Part shown: positions 1 to 7,762 of the stretch, piece by piece | How the letters are laid out: each line of letters starts with the position of its first letter | Position numbering within the stretch: the first letter of the stretch is position 1 | Assembly (NCBI GenBank): GCA_024654025.1 | Contig: JANLIR010000004.1 | Coordinates: 1-54,982, forward strand | Direction: 5' to 3' | Source: Candidatus Wolfebacteria bacterium | GTDB taxonomy: Bacteria > Patescibacteriota > Minisyncoccia > UBA6257 > UBA9933 | Length of the DNA stretch: 54,982 nt | Program-made: the position numbers and the translations under genes | The notes under the pieces: generated by a model | What the model saw: the letters and a program-made list of their open reading frames with translations, nothing else | Database searches by the model: none | What the model was told of the DNA's origin: nothing

Positions 1-1
1 C

Positions 2-1084
2 ACAGGAAAAGTCGGACACATCTTCAGACCGAAAATAATTGACTCAGCTGGAACAGAGGTCTGGGGAGATTTGCACATTGAAAACGGAATACTCTCGGTA
101 ACTATTCCGCAAAACTTTTTAGATAAAGCGGTTTATCCAGTAATAGTTGACCCGACTTTTGGATACACAACCATAGGAGCGACAGGCGGGGCAACTCCAG
201 CAAACTATTTAGTAGGAACACGGGCGAACCCCACCGTCACCGCAACCGGAACAGTGGACAGTATTTCGATTTACGGTTCTGGGAGTGGAGTGAATTTTAA
301 AGGAACCGTGTTGAATACATCAATGAACATAATAACTAACGGAGTAAGTCCCTCTGGTTCTTTTGGGGCGGGCGCTGGCTGGGTTTCGGCTAATTACACG
401 ACAAAACCGACTGTTAGCACGGGGACTGATTATTATTCAGGAGCCGTTGTTAATGGAACTGCCACTATTTATTACGACACAGGGGGTGGGGCAACGGATG
501 CCTTTTATGACGCAACTAACAACTTCACAACCCCTACAAATCCAACGGACGCTTTAGATAACCCAGTTTTACTTTCTGTTTATTTTACTTATACAGCTTC
601 GACTACGGCAACAGTTTCCTGTTCTGCTCCCACTTCAACTTCCTTTGGCGCTTTAACTAACGCGAGTGTTTTTACTTCAAGTCCCAACGCTTCCACGACA
701 ATGTCCTGCAGTGGCACTTCGGCTGGCTGTACGCTCTATATGAAAGACGCGGGCAGTGGCTCTAATCCCGGATTGTGGAAAAGCGCTTCACCGACTTATC
801 TCATTGTTTCTGCTGACGCAACTTTATCTGCTGGCGCTGATGGTTATGGTATTCAGGCAACGACCACAGCTGCCGGCTCTGGCGGTACCTTAAGTTTCAA
901 TTCCAAATATAATAAAACCGGCAATGATGTTGGCGGATTGACCCTTACCAATACGATTTTGGCTTCATCAACTGTTGATGTTACAAACCGCGAAGCGGTG
1001 GTAACTCATAAAGCCGCTGTTTCAAGCAATACTTTGTCCGGAACATACAGCGATACGATAACTTACAGTTGCCTAGTAAATTAG
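2..1084 (+). CDS. Secreted surface protein, 5' end cut by the window edge; C-terminal ~165-aa Cys-bracketed beta-rich module
   Basis: The frame is open from nt 2 (no stop upstream of the TTG at 71 used by the ORF track), so the gene starts outside the window. The protein is Thr/Ser/Ala/Gly/Asn-rich. The segment ATVSCSAPTSTSFGAL...GTYSDTITYSC aligns colinearly with the C-terminal two thirds of ORF 1069-1830. Confidence 0.6.
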   Translation, partial: TGKVGHIFRPKIIDSAGTEVWGDLHIENGILSVTIPQNFLDKAVYPVIVDPTFGYTTIGATGGATPANYLVGTRANPTVTATGTVDSISIYGSGSGVNFKGTVLNTSMNIITNGVSPSGSFGAGAGWVSANYTTKPTVSTGTDYYSGAVVNGTATIYYDTGGGATDAFYDATNNFTTPTNPTDALDNPVLLSVYFTYTASTTATVSCSAPTSTSFGALTNASVFTSSPNASTTMSCSGTSAGCTLYMKDAGSGSNPGLWKSASPTYLIVSADATLSAGADGYGIQATTTAAGSGGTLSFNSKYNKTGNDVGGLTLTNTILASSTVDVTNREAVVTHKAAVSSNTLSGTYSDTITYSCLVN

Positions 1085-1830
1085 GGGATAGAGGTTATCC
1101 ACAATTGCAGTACAATTTAATATGCTATAATAAAATTATAAATTATGATAAAAATTATTTTACGTTTTACGAGAGAGAGAGAGAGAGAGAGTACTTACCG
1201 GCCATTGGTTTAACACTCGTTGCGTTATTAATAATCGGCGGGTGGTTTTGGTCGTCTTTAGAAATCTTAGTGGCGCCTCCTGAATACGCCAGCGCCGCAA
1301 CAACTTCCGCGGTAACAGTTAGCGCTTCGGTAACGGCTACTATTAGTTGTTCTACTAACGCTACTTCAACGGCTTTCGGCGCTTTAACCAGCGCGTCTAT
1401 TTCAACCGCTTCTCCAAACGCTTCTACGACAATATCCTGCGCGAACTCCGCGCCTGGCTGCACGCTTTATGTAAAAGACGCGGGTAATGCCACCAATGGC
1501 GGTTTAGCTACTACCAGCCCGGCCTATCTTATTCCTTCGCCTAATGCCGCTTTTACCGCGACCGCAACTTTAGTTGCCGCTACTGAGGGTTATGGTATTC
1601 AGGCGGCGACGACTACGGCTGGAAGCGGAGCCATTTTTACTGTTGGCGCTCGTTATCTTCAAACCGGAGATACAGTCGGCGGTTTAGTTGTGACTAACAC
1701 AACTCTTGTTTCGACTAGCGCCACGTCTTCGGGTCGCGAAGTATTGATCACTCATAAAGCCGCTATTTCCGCTTCAACACCAGCCGGCAGCTATAGTGAC
1801 ACCATCACTTACGAGTGCACAGCAAACTAA
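1069..1830 (+). CDS. Secreted or membrane-anchored surface protein, paralog of the C-terminal module of the upstream gene; start codon unresolved
   Basis: It has a hydrophobic N-terminal segment LPAIGLTLVALLIIGGWFW followed by ASA. The module ATISCSTNATSTAFGAL...GSYSDTITYECTAN is colinear with the upstream protein. The frame contains only TTG starts (1069, 1105); the only nearby ATG (1145) is out of frame across the GA repeat. Confidence 0.6.
   Translation: MPSKLGDRGYPQLQYNLICYNKIINYDKNYFTFYEREREREYLPAIGLTLVALLIIGGWFWSSLEILVAPPEYASAATTSAVTVSASVTATISCSTNATSTAFGALTSASISTASPNASTTISCANSAPGCTLYVKDAGNATNGGLATTSPAYLIPSPNAAFTATATLVAATEGYGIQAATTTAGSGAIFTVGARYLQTGDTVGGLVVTNTTLVSTSATSSGREVLITHKAAISASTPAGSYSDTITYECTAN
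1123..1131 (+). promoter_or_regulatory. Extended -10 promoter element TGCTATAAT
   Basis: Exact TGnTATAAT lies 13 nt upstream of the ATG at 1145. Several other genes in the window show the same promoter style. Confidence 0.4.
1171..1191. repeat. (GA)10G dinucleotide microsatellite
   Basis: Read directly: gagagagagagagagagagag. It lies between the ATG at 1145 (frame 2) and the signal-peptide-like hydrophobic segment of ORF 1069-1830 (frame 1). Confidence 0.95.
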
Positions 1831-1843
1831 GATTGAGCTATCC

Positions 1844-1872
1844 ATTCTAACGACGTCGGACGTCGTTAGAAT
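1844..1872 (+). terminator. Perfect 14-bp-arm hairpin between the surface-protein genes
   Basis: ATTCTAACGACGTC g GACGTCGTTAGAAT, followed by an AT-rich stretch; it begins 14 nt after the stop at 1830. Confidence 0.55.
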
Positions 1873-1884
1873 AATATTTACACT

Positions 1885-2805
1885 ATGCGCCGACTTTTCT
1901 TGCCCTATCTTTTTTCGTTTTTAATCGTCGCGTTTGTAGTTATCGCGCCGGCGTCTGTTTTGGCAGTGACGATTGGACCGGCAAAAATTGAGTACCGCGC
2001 CGATCCGGGAACCGTAATTAAAGATACGCTCGTTCTTGTCAATGACAGCAACGCAAAACAAACTTTATATTCATCTTTTGAAAAATTTACCGAAGTAAAT
2101 GGCGAAAAGAAGTTTTTACTTGGCGAGCCAACCGAGTTGGCAAACTGGTTTAATCTTCCCAAGAGCGTAACGCTTGAGCCGACCGGACAAAAAAGCATTC
2201 CTTTCACCGTTGAGATACCGAAAAACGCGCCTCCGGGCGGACATTTTGCCGTAATCTGGTGGGGGACGGCGCCACCAGAAGGGTCAAAACAAGTATCTAT
2301 CGTTACTCGCGCCGGAATTTTGGTCTATCTTCGGATTTCCGGCGAAGTTAACGAGTCCGCCGAGATTTTGAAATTCGCTACTGAAGGAGAAAAATTTTTC
2401 TGGAGCAAAATGCCGGAAAATTTTGCCGTTCTTTTTAGAAACAGCGGCAATACTTATCTCAAGCCACAAGGTGAAATTTTAATAAAAAACATATTTGGGG
2501 GAAAAGTCGCAACTTTCGGCATAAATGAAGTTAGTTTAATTTTTCTGCCGGATACCGAAAATAATTTGAGGATTGCCAAAAAATTTGAGAAAGCGCCGAT
2601 TGCCTTTGGTTTTTATAAAGCGGAACTTACTCTTCGTTGGGGAGAGAAACCGGAATCAATCCAGAAAAATATTTGGTTCTTTGTGTTTCCGTGGAAGCAG
2701 GTGTTGGGCGGCATTATTATTTTAGCCATTTTATTCTTCGGTCTTAAAAAAGGAATTAAAAAATACAATCAGTGGATAGTTTCTAAATACACTCCTAAAC
2801 AGTAG
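1885..2805 (+). CDS. Cell-surface protein with signal peptide, DUF916/DUF3324-like Ig-fold body and C-terminal TM anchor
   Basis: Signal peptide ends ...APASVLA. The body (PGGHFAVIWWG, RAGILVYLRISGE) resembles the WxL-cluster-associated DUF916/DUF3324 proteins of Firmicutes. C-terminal TM segment VLGGIIILAILFFGL is followed by a basic tail. The family call is from memory of the motifs. Confidence 0.45.
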   Translation: MRRLFLPYLFSFLIVAFVVIAPASVLAVTIGPAKIEYRADPGTVIKDTLVLVNDSNAKQTLYSSFEKFTEVNGEKKFLLGEPTELANWFNLPKSVTLEPTGQKSIPFTVEIPKNAPPGGHFAVIWWGTAPPEGSKQVSIVTRAGILVYLRISGEVNESAEILKFATEGEKFFWSKMPENFAVLFRNSGNTYLKPQGEILIKNIFGGKVATFGINEVSLIFLPDTENNLRIAKKFEKAPIAFGFYKAELTLRWGEKPESIQKNIWFFVFPWKQVLGGIIILAILFFGLKKGIKKYNQWIVSKYTPKQ

Positions 2806-2821
2806 ATTAGGCCACTAATTT

Positions 2822-2896
2822 ACACTAATATTAAACTAATGAACACTAAAAGAATTTTATTAGTGTGTATTGGTTTTATATTGGTGTTTTTTAGCG
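2822..2896 (+). repeat. 75-nt signal-peptide module, copy 1 (paired with 4824-4898)
   Basis: Hand alignment gives 64/75 identical positions with 4824-4898. It spans the promoter-proximal region and signal-peptide codons of 2839-3864. Confidence 0.8.
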
Positions 2897-3864
2897 CGTT
2901 AAAAGCATCTGCCGACTCGGTCAATATTACCGCCTCGGTTAACTCGGTTTGCGGGAACGGAATTTTGGAAAACGGAGAGCAGTGTGACGGGACGGCCTTT
3001 GGTGGCGCATCATGCGTATCGCAGGGCTTTAGTGGAGGCACGCTTTCATGCGCTGCTTCGTGCACTTTTAATACTTCTCAATGCACTTCCGCGCCGCCGC
3101 CCTCTGGCGGAGGAGGTGGCGGAGGCGGCGGTGGATATGTCGCTCCAGTTACCAGCGCTATTTTTAACGGCAGGGCGTATCCCAAAAGCACGGTAACGCT
3201 TCTCAAGGATGCCCAGATTGCCGCCACAACCATCGCTGGCGCGGACGCTAATTTTCAGATAAGTGTTTCCGGTCTTTCTGGCGGTAACTATATCTTCTCG
3301 GTTTATAGCGAAGACAGTAAGGGTAATCGGTCGTCTCTCTTGACTTTTCCGGTGAGCGTAACTTCAGGCGCCACTACAAAAGTGAGTGGTATTTTTATTG
3401 CGCCAACAATTACGGTTGACAAAAGCGAAGTCAAAAGAGGAGATGATATTGCGATTTTTGGCCAGTCAGTTCCAAATAGCGAAATAACTATTTCTGTTAA
3501 TTCTGACGAGGAATTTTTTAATAAAATCAAGGCAGATGCCGGTGGCGTGTATTTGTATAATTTTGACACCTCGCCGCTTGAAATAGCGCAACATTTTACC
3601 AAATCAAAAACCGCGCTAAACGGCGAGATTAGTTCTTTTAGTAAAACCATAAGTTTTGCCGTCGGCACTAAAAATGTCGCCAAAGTCACGCAAGAGTTTT
3701 TGAAAGGAGATTTGAACAACGACGGCCGAGTAAATCTCGTTGATTTTTCTATTGTTGCGTATTGGTATAAACGACCTTCGCCGCCAGCTTCTGCTGATTT
3801 GAATGGCGATGGCAAAACTGACCTTGTTGATTTTAGTATTATGGCGTTTTATTGGACAGGGTAG
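2839..3864 (+). CDS. Secreted protein: signal peptide, Cys-rich repeat, Gly10 linker, Ig-like domains, C-terminal dockerin
   Basis: Signal peptide ends ...ALKASA. CGNGILENGEQCDG...C matches the Myxococcus-type Cys-rich repeat. The C-terminus GDLNNDGRVNLVDFSIVAYWY...ADLNGDGKTDLVDFSIMAFYW is a duplicated Ca-binding dockerin type I signature. Confidence 0.75.
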   Translation: MNTKRILLVCIGFILVFFSALKASADSVNITASVNSVCGNGILENGEQCDGTAFGGASCVSQGFSGGTLSCAASCTFNTSQCTSAPPPSGGGGGGGGGGYVAPVTSAIFNGRAYPKSTVTLLKDAQIAATTIAGADANFQISVSGLSGGNYIFSVYSEDSKGNRSSLLTFPVSVTSGATTKVSGIFIAPTITVDKSEVKRGDDIAIFGQSVPNSEITISVNSDEEFFNKIKADAGGVYLYNFDTSPLEIAQHFTKSKTALNGEISSFSKTISFAVGTKNVAKVTQEFLKGDLNNDGRVNLVDFSIVAYWYKRPSPPASADLNGDGKTDLVDFSIMAFYWTG

Positions 3865-3914
3865 CCATATTTCGCTTTGCGAAAATGAAATTTTCAATTT
3901 TTAAATAAATTACA

Positions 3915-4820
3915 ATGACCAAAAGCCAAAAATCAAAAATTGCCATACCGCTGATAATCTTTATGTTATTTTTTGCAATACCCGTTTTTGCGGCGGAAAT
4001 TTATTTTGATACAAAAACCCAGGAGATAAAAGTAAATCAATTGTTTGAAGTCGTCATTTTTATCAATACTGACGAAGAAAGTATAAATGCCGTTGAGGGC
4101 AAAATTGTATTTCCGGAGAAACTTCTTAAATTAAAAGAAATAAGAGACGGCAACTCAATTATTAATTTTTGGATTGAACGGCCCAGGGCCAAAAATGGAG
4201 AAATTCTATTTTCCGGGATTATTCCCGGCGGTTATATGGATAAAAAAGGCCTGATTTTTTCAATAATTTTTCAAGCAATACAAGAAGGCCGGGGTTCAAT
4301 AGAAATTCGCGATATAAAAGCGCTGCTCAATGATGGGAAGGGAACAAAAGCGGACACAACAATTTCTAATTCACAATTTGCAATCTCGGGGCAGGAGCCG
4401 GCATCTCGACCCGCAGTATTTGAAAAAAAGGATATTGATATGCCGGAAACATTTGAACCAACGGTGGCGAGCGATCCGGCAATATTTGACGGCAAATACT
4501 TTTTGGTGTTTGCGACACAGGATAAGGCGTCGGGTATTGATTTTTATGAGGCAAAAGAATCCAGGCAAGGGCTTTTTTCTATATTCAAGAGTTGGATGCC
4601 GGTTGAAAGTCCTTTTGTTCTGAACGATCAGGAGTTACGGAGCTTCATTTTTGTCAAAGCGATTGATAAAGCCGGAAATGAAAGAATTGCCGTGGTTGAG
4701 CCGAGATATCCGATAAAGTGGTATTATGAGGCGTGGTGGATTTGGATTATAATAATATTAGCAATAATTTTTACCCTCATTTTTATTAAAAGGAATTTAT
4801 GGAACAAAATAATCCATTAA
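3915..4820 (+). CDS. Cohesin-domain protein with C-terminal TM anchor
   Basis: A signal peptide is followed by AEIYFDTKTQEIKVNQLFEVVIFINTDEESINAVEGKIVFPEKLLKL, which is cohesin-like in pattern. There is a KAIDKAGN beta-sandwich motif and a C-terminal TM segment WWIWIIIILAIIFTLIFI. Confidence 0.6.
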   Translation: MTKSQKSKIAIPLIIFMLFFAIPVFAAEIYFDTKTQEIKVNQLFEVVIFINTDEESINAVEGKIVFPEKLLKLKEIRDGNSIINFWIERPRAKNGEILFSGIIPGGYMDKKGLIFSIIFQAIQEGRGSIEIRDIKALLNDGKGTKADTTISNSQFAISGQEPASRPAVFEKKDIDMPETFEPTVASDPAIFDGKYFLVFATQDKASGIDFYEAKESRQGLFSIFKSWMPVESPFVLNDQELRSFIFVKAIDKAGNERIAVVEPRYPIKWYYEAWWIWIIIILAIIFTLIFIKRNLWNKIIH

Positions 4821-6574
4821 TTAACACTAATATTAGATTAAATTACACTAAAACAATTTTATTAGTGTTTATTAGTTTTTTATTAGTGTTTTTTGGCGGG
4901 GTAAGCGCGGCTTCGGCGGCGACTTTATATTTTTCTCCTTCTTCGGGATCTTATACTGTCGGTCAAAACTTTTCCGTGTCAGTTTATGTTTCAAGCGCTG
5001 ACCAGGCGATGAATGCCGCTTCCGGCGTGATTTCATTTCCGCAAGACAAGCTTGAGGTAACCTCTTTTTCTAAAAGCAATTCTATCTTTACTCTCTGGGT
5101 GCAAGAACCGGCGTTTTCTAATGACGTTGGCACGGTTAATCTTGAAGGCATTGTGCTTAATCCAGGATTTACCGGCGCGACCGGAAAAATTATTACCGTA
5201 AACTTTAAAGCAAAAGCAGCAGGTAACGCGCTTCTAAATTTTTCTTCCGGTTCAGTATTAGCCAATGACGGCAAAGGAACAAATATTCTTACAAGTTTGG
5301 GAAATGCGCAATTTAACTTGGGCTATGCTGGTCCATCGGTTCCCGAAACCACTACTCCATCAATTACGCTGGGCACGCCGCCTGCTCCGCAAATTTCTTC
5401 TCCCACGCATCCCGATCCTAATAAATGGTATGCCAACAACAATGCAAAATTTATGTGGTCAGTGCCGTCTGACGCTGTTGCCACAGGGCTTTTGTATGAC
5501 AAATATCCCAATAGCCAGCCGAGAGTGGTTTATGAACCGGCAATCTCGGAAAAAGAAATCAGTGACTTGAAAGACGGAGTTTATTATTTTCATGTTCAAT
5601 TCAAGAACAACAAAGGATGGGGCGCGATTTCGCATTTTCGGTTTCAGATTGACACCCAGCCGCCGGAACCCTTTGACATAAAATTTATTGACGGCGAAAA
5701 AAGTAGTAATCCCCAGCCAACCGCAGTATTTGATACCACTGACTCGCTTTCAGGAATTGAATATTACAAAATTAAAATCGGCGAAGGAGATTTCTTTGTT
5801 ATAGCGCCGGAAGTTGTAATAAAAAGTAATCCTTATACTTTACCTCTGCAGATGCCGGGAAAACGCAGTATTTTAGTTCAGGCCTACGATAAAGCCGGCA
5901 ATTATACCGTTAATAGCGCTGAATTTGTTATTAAGCCGATTCTGGTCCCGACAATCACTGATTATACTAATAAGATAACCAAAGGAGACCCTCTGATAAT
6001 ACGAGGTAAGGGCGTTTCAAATTCAACTATAACAATATTTTTAAAATCCGATGAGAACAATATTTTAAGTCAAAGTGTAGAAAGCGATAAAGACGGATTT
6101 TTCAATTTAATCTGGCAAGGTAAAGTTGAAAACGGAGTTTACGCTTTATGGGCAGAAGCCACGGATGAGCGCGGCGCCCACAGCGAAAAATCGACGACCC
6201 ACACTCTCATTGTCAAAAAAGGGCCAATAGAGCAATTTTTCGCAACGCTCCTTCCGTACTTGGCGATTATTATTTTAATATTGGCAATAATTCTTCTGAT
6301 AATTTATCTAATTATGAATTTTTGGCGAAAATACGTGGAATTGCATAAAAGAATCAAAAAAGAATCGCAAGAGCCGGAAGCCGCTATTTCCGAGTATTTC
6401 GGCGTTCTTTTGAAAAATATCCGTTCTTATCTTCGATTGTTGGAAGGAGCGAAAACAAGAAAAGAATTATTAGAGCGTAAAAAAGAAATAATTAACCAGA
6501 TAAAAAACGACTTGGACAGCATAGAGGTTCTTATTCTTAAAGAAATCAAAGACCTTGAAGATAGAGGCAATTAA
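4799..6574 (+). CDS. Cohesin-domain surface protein with Ig/FN3-like repeats, TM anchor and cytoplasmic coiled-coil tail
   Basis: The cohesin-like N-terminus is LYFSPSSGSYTVGQNFSVSVYVSSADQAMNAASGVISFPQDKLEV...ITVNFKAKAAGNALLNF. It also has a YDKAGN motif, TM segment LLPYLAIIILILAIILLIIYLI and a Lys/Glu-rich tail. The ATG is preceded by AAAGGAA and overlaps the upstream gene by 22 nt. Confidence 0.65.
   Translation: MEQNNPLINTNIRLNYTKTILLVFISFLLVFFGGVSAASAATLYFSPSSGSYTVGQNFSVSVYVSSADQAMNAASGVISFPQDKLEVTSFSKSNSIFTLWVQEPAFSNDVGTVNLEGIVLNPGFTGATGKIITVNFKAKAAGNALLNFSSGSVLANDGKGTNILTSLGNAQFNLGYAGPSVPETTTPSITLGTPPAPQISSPTHPDPNKWYANNNAKFMWSVPSDAVATGLLYDKYPNSQPRVVYEPAISEKEISDLKDGVYYFHVQFKNNKGWGAISHFRFQIDTQPPEPFDIKFIDGEKSSNPQPTAVFDTTDSLSGIEYYKIKIGEGDFFVIAPEVVIKSNPYTLPLQMPGKRSILVQAYDKAGNYTVNSAEFVIKPILVPTITDYTNKITKGDPLIIRGKGVSNSTITIFLKSDENNILSQSVESDKDGFFNLIWQGKVENGVYALWAEATDERGAHSEKSTTHTLIVKKGPIEQFFATLLPYLAIIILILAIILLIIYLIMNFWRKYVELHKRIKKESQEPEAAISEYFGVLLKNIRSYLRLLEGAKTRKELLERKKEIINQIKNDLDSIEVLILKEIKDLEDRGN
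4824..4898 (+). repeat. 75-nt signal-peptide module, copy 2
   Basis: See 2822-2896. The position equivalent to the ATG of copy 1 reads AAT here, so this gene starts 13 codons further upstream. Confidence 0.8.
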
Positions 6575-6594
6575 CTTTATTATAAGTCCTCCGC

Positions 6595-7653
6595 ATGGTT
6601 AAAAAGAGTTATAAAAAGATAACGGTTTTTGTGATGATGTCAGGAGGAGTTGATAGCTCTGTGGCTGCTTTTTTACTGCAAAAACAAGGTTATAAAGTTA
6701 TTGGTTGTTTTATAAAAGGTTATAACCTTGACGGCTGTCAGGAAAAAGATGCGGAAGATGCCCGCCGGGTTGCCGAATATTTGAATATTCCGTTTTACGC
6801 AATTGATTTGGAAAATGAATATAAAAAACTTGTAGTTGATTACACGGTACGTTCTTATAGAAAAGGCATTACTCCAAATCCGGATGTGATGTGCAATAAA
6901 GAAATAAAATTCGGTTTGTTTCTTAAAAAAGCCATCGAATTGGGAGCGGATTATGTAGCCACGGGACATTATGTGCGGCTCAACCGATCGGCCTCACCTT
7001 TGTTTTCTCTTTTTGCCGCTAAAGATAAAAATAAAGATCAATCATATTTTTTGTGGACTTTGAATCAAAATCAGCTTAAGCGTTGTTTGTTTCCTATTGG
7101 CGATTATGAAAAACCGATGGTAAGGAAAATCGCCAAAAAAGCAGGGCTTCCCACAGCCGAGAAAAAAGATTCTCAAGGAATTTGTTTTTTGGGGAAAATT
7201 TCGATGGAAGATTTTTTAAAAAAATTCATTTCGCCCAAAAAAGGCAAAATTGTTAATTTGGAAGGGGAAAAAATAGGCGAGCATCAGGGAGTTTATTTTT
7301 ACACCATTGGCCAGCGGCACGGACTTGGCATTGCCGCTAAAAAGCCTTTTTATGTGGCGGAAAAAGACGCGGTTAATAATATTATAAAAGTTGCCGAAGG
7401 CAGAGATGATCAGAACTTATTTAAAAAAGAGGTCTATTTAAAAATGGTTAATTGGTTAAGCGACGAAGCGCCCAAAAAAAAATTAGAGGTTTTAGCAAGG
7501 GTAAGATATAGGCAACCGTTATTTGAGGCAAATTTTTATCCGGGCATCAGCCGGCTTGAATTTAAAAATCCCCAGAAATTCGTGGCTCCTGGCCAGTCAG
7601 CGGTATTGTATAATAAGAAAGGAGAAATGCTGGGAGGAGGAATTATTGTATAG
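6595..7653 (+). CDS. mnmA: tRNA 2-thiouridine(34) synthase MnmA
   Basis: PP-loop SGGVDSSVAA, NPDVMCN, DQSYFLW, and typical length (352 aa). Confidence 0.9.
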   Translation: MVKKSYKKITVFVMMSGGVDSSVAAFLLQKQGYKVIGCFIKGYNLDGCQEKDAEDARRVAEYLNIPFYAIDLENEYKKLVVDYTVRSYRKGITPNPDVMCNKEIKFGLFLKKAIELGADYVATGHYVRLNRSASPLFSLFAAKDKNKDQSYFLWTLNQNQLKRCLFPIGDYEKPMVRKIAKKAGLPTAEKKDSQGICFLGKISMEDFLKKFISPKKGKIVNLEGEKIGEHQGVYFYTIGQRHGLGIAAKKPFYVAEKDAVNNIIKVAEGRDDQNLFKKEVYLKMVNWLSDEAPKKKLEVLARVRYRQPLFEANFYPGISRLEFKNPQKFVAPGQSAVLYNKKGEMLGGGIIV

Positions 7654-7673
7654 TAGATAACGTGATACCAATC

Positions 7674-7751
7674 TACGAATGCGTGCGAATGATACGAATA
7701 AATACGAATTCGTATCCCATTAGTATCATTAGTAAAATTAGTATATTAGTA
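7674..7751. repeat. Two sets of helically phased short direct repeats: 4x (T)ACGAAT/GCGAAT and 4x ATTAGTA
   Basis: ACGAAT-type units start at 7675, 7685, 7694 and 7704, with an inverted copy forming the palindrome ATACGAATTCGTAT at 7702-7715. ATTAGTA units start at 7719, 7728, 7737 and 7745. Confidence 0.85.
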
Positions 7752-7762
7752 TCATATTAAAC

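Noticed and set aside
600-1830. Diversity-generating retroelement (template/variable repeat) behind the two paralogous surface modules
   Set aside because: No reverse transcriptase gene is in the window. Differences between the paralogs are spread over all four bases rather than confined to adenine positions, and overall identity is too low for a TR/VR pair.
1069-2805. Calling the surface paralogs bona fide WxL-domain proteins or SCPU pilins with a chaperone
   Set aside because: No W-x-L motifs are visible, no usher or sortase/LPxTG partner is present, and the resemblance is only pattern-level. It is kept as an analogy in the findings, not as an annotation.
3303-3815. Antisense or nested ORFs inside larger genes (for example 363-557, 1167-1463, 3303-3815, 12309-12725, 16223-16714, 19786-20226, 44028-44267, 46831-47262)
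   Set aside because: Each lies wholly within a longer ORF that has clear family motifs. They have skewed Ser/Leu/Phe/Lys composition typical of non-coding frames in AT-rich DNA and no start-site signals.
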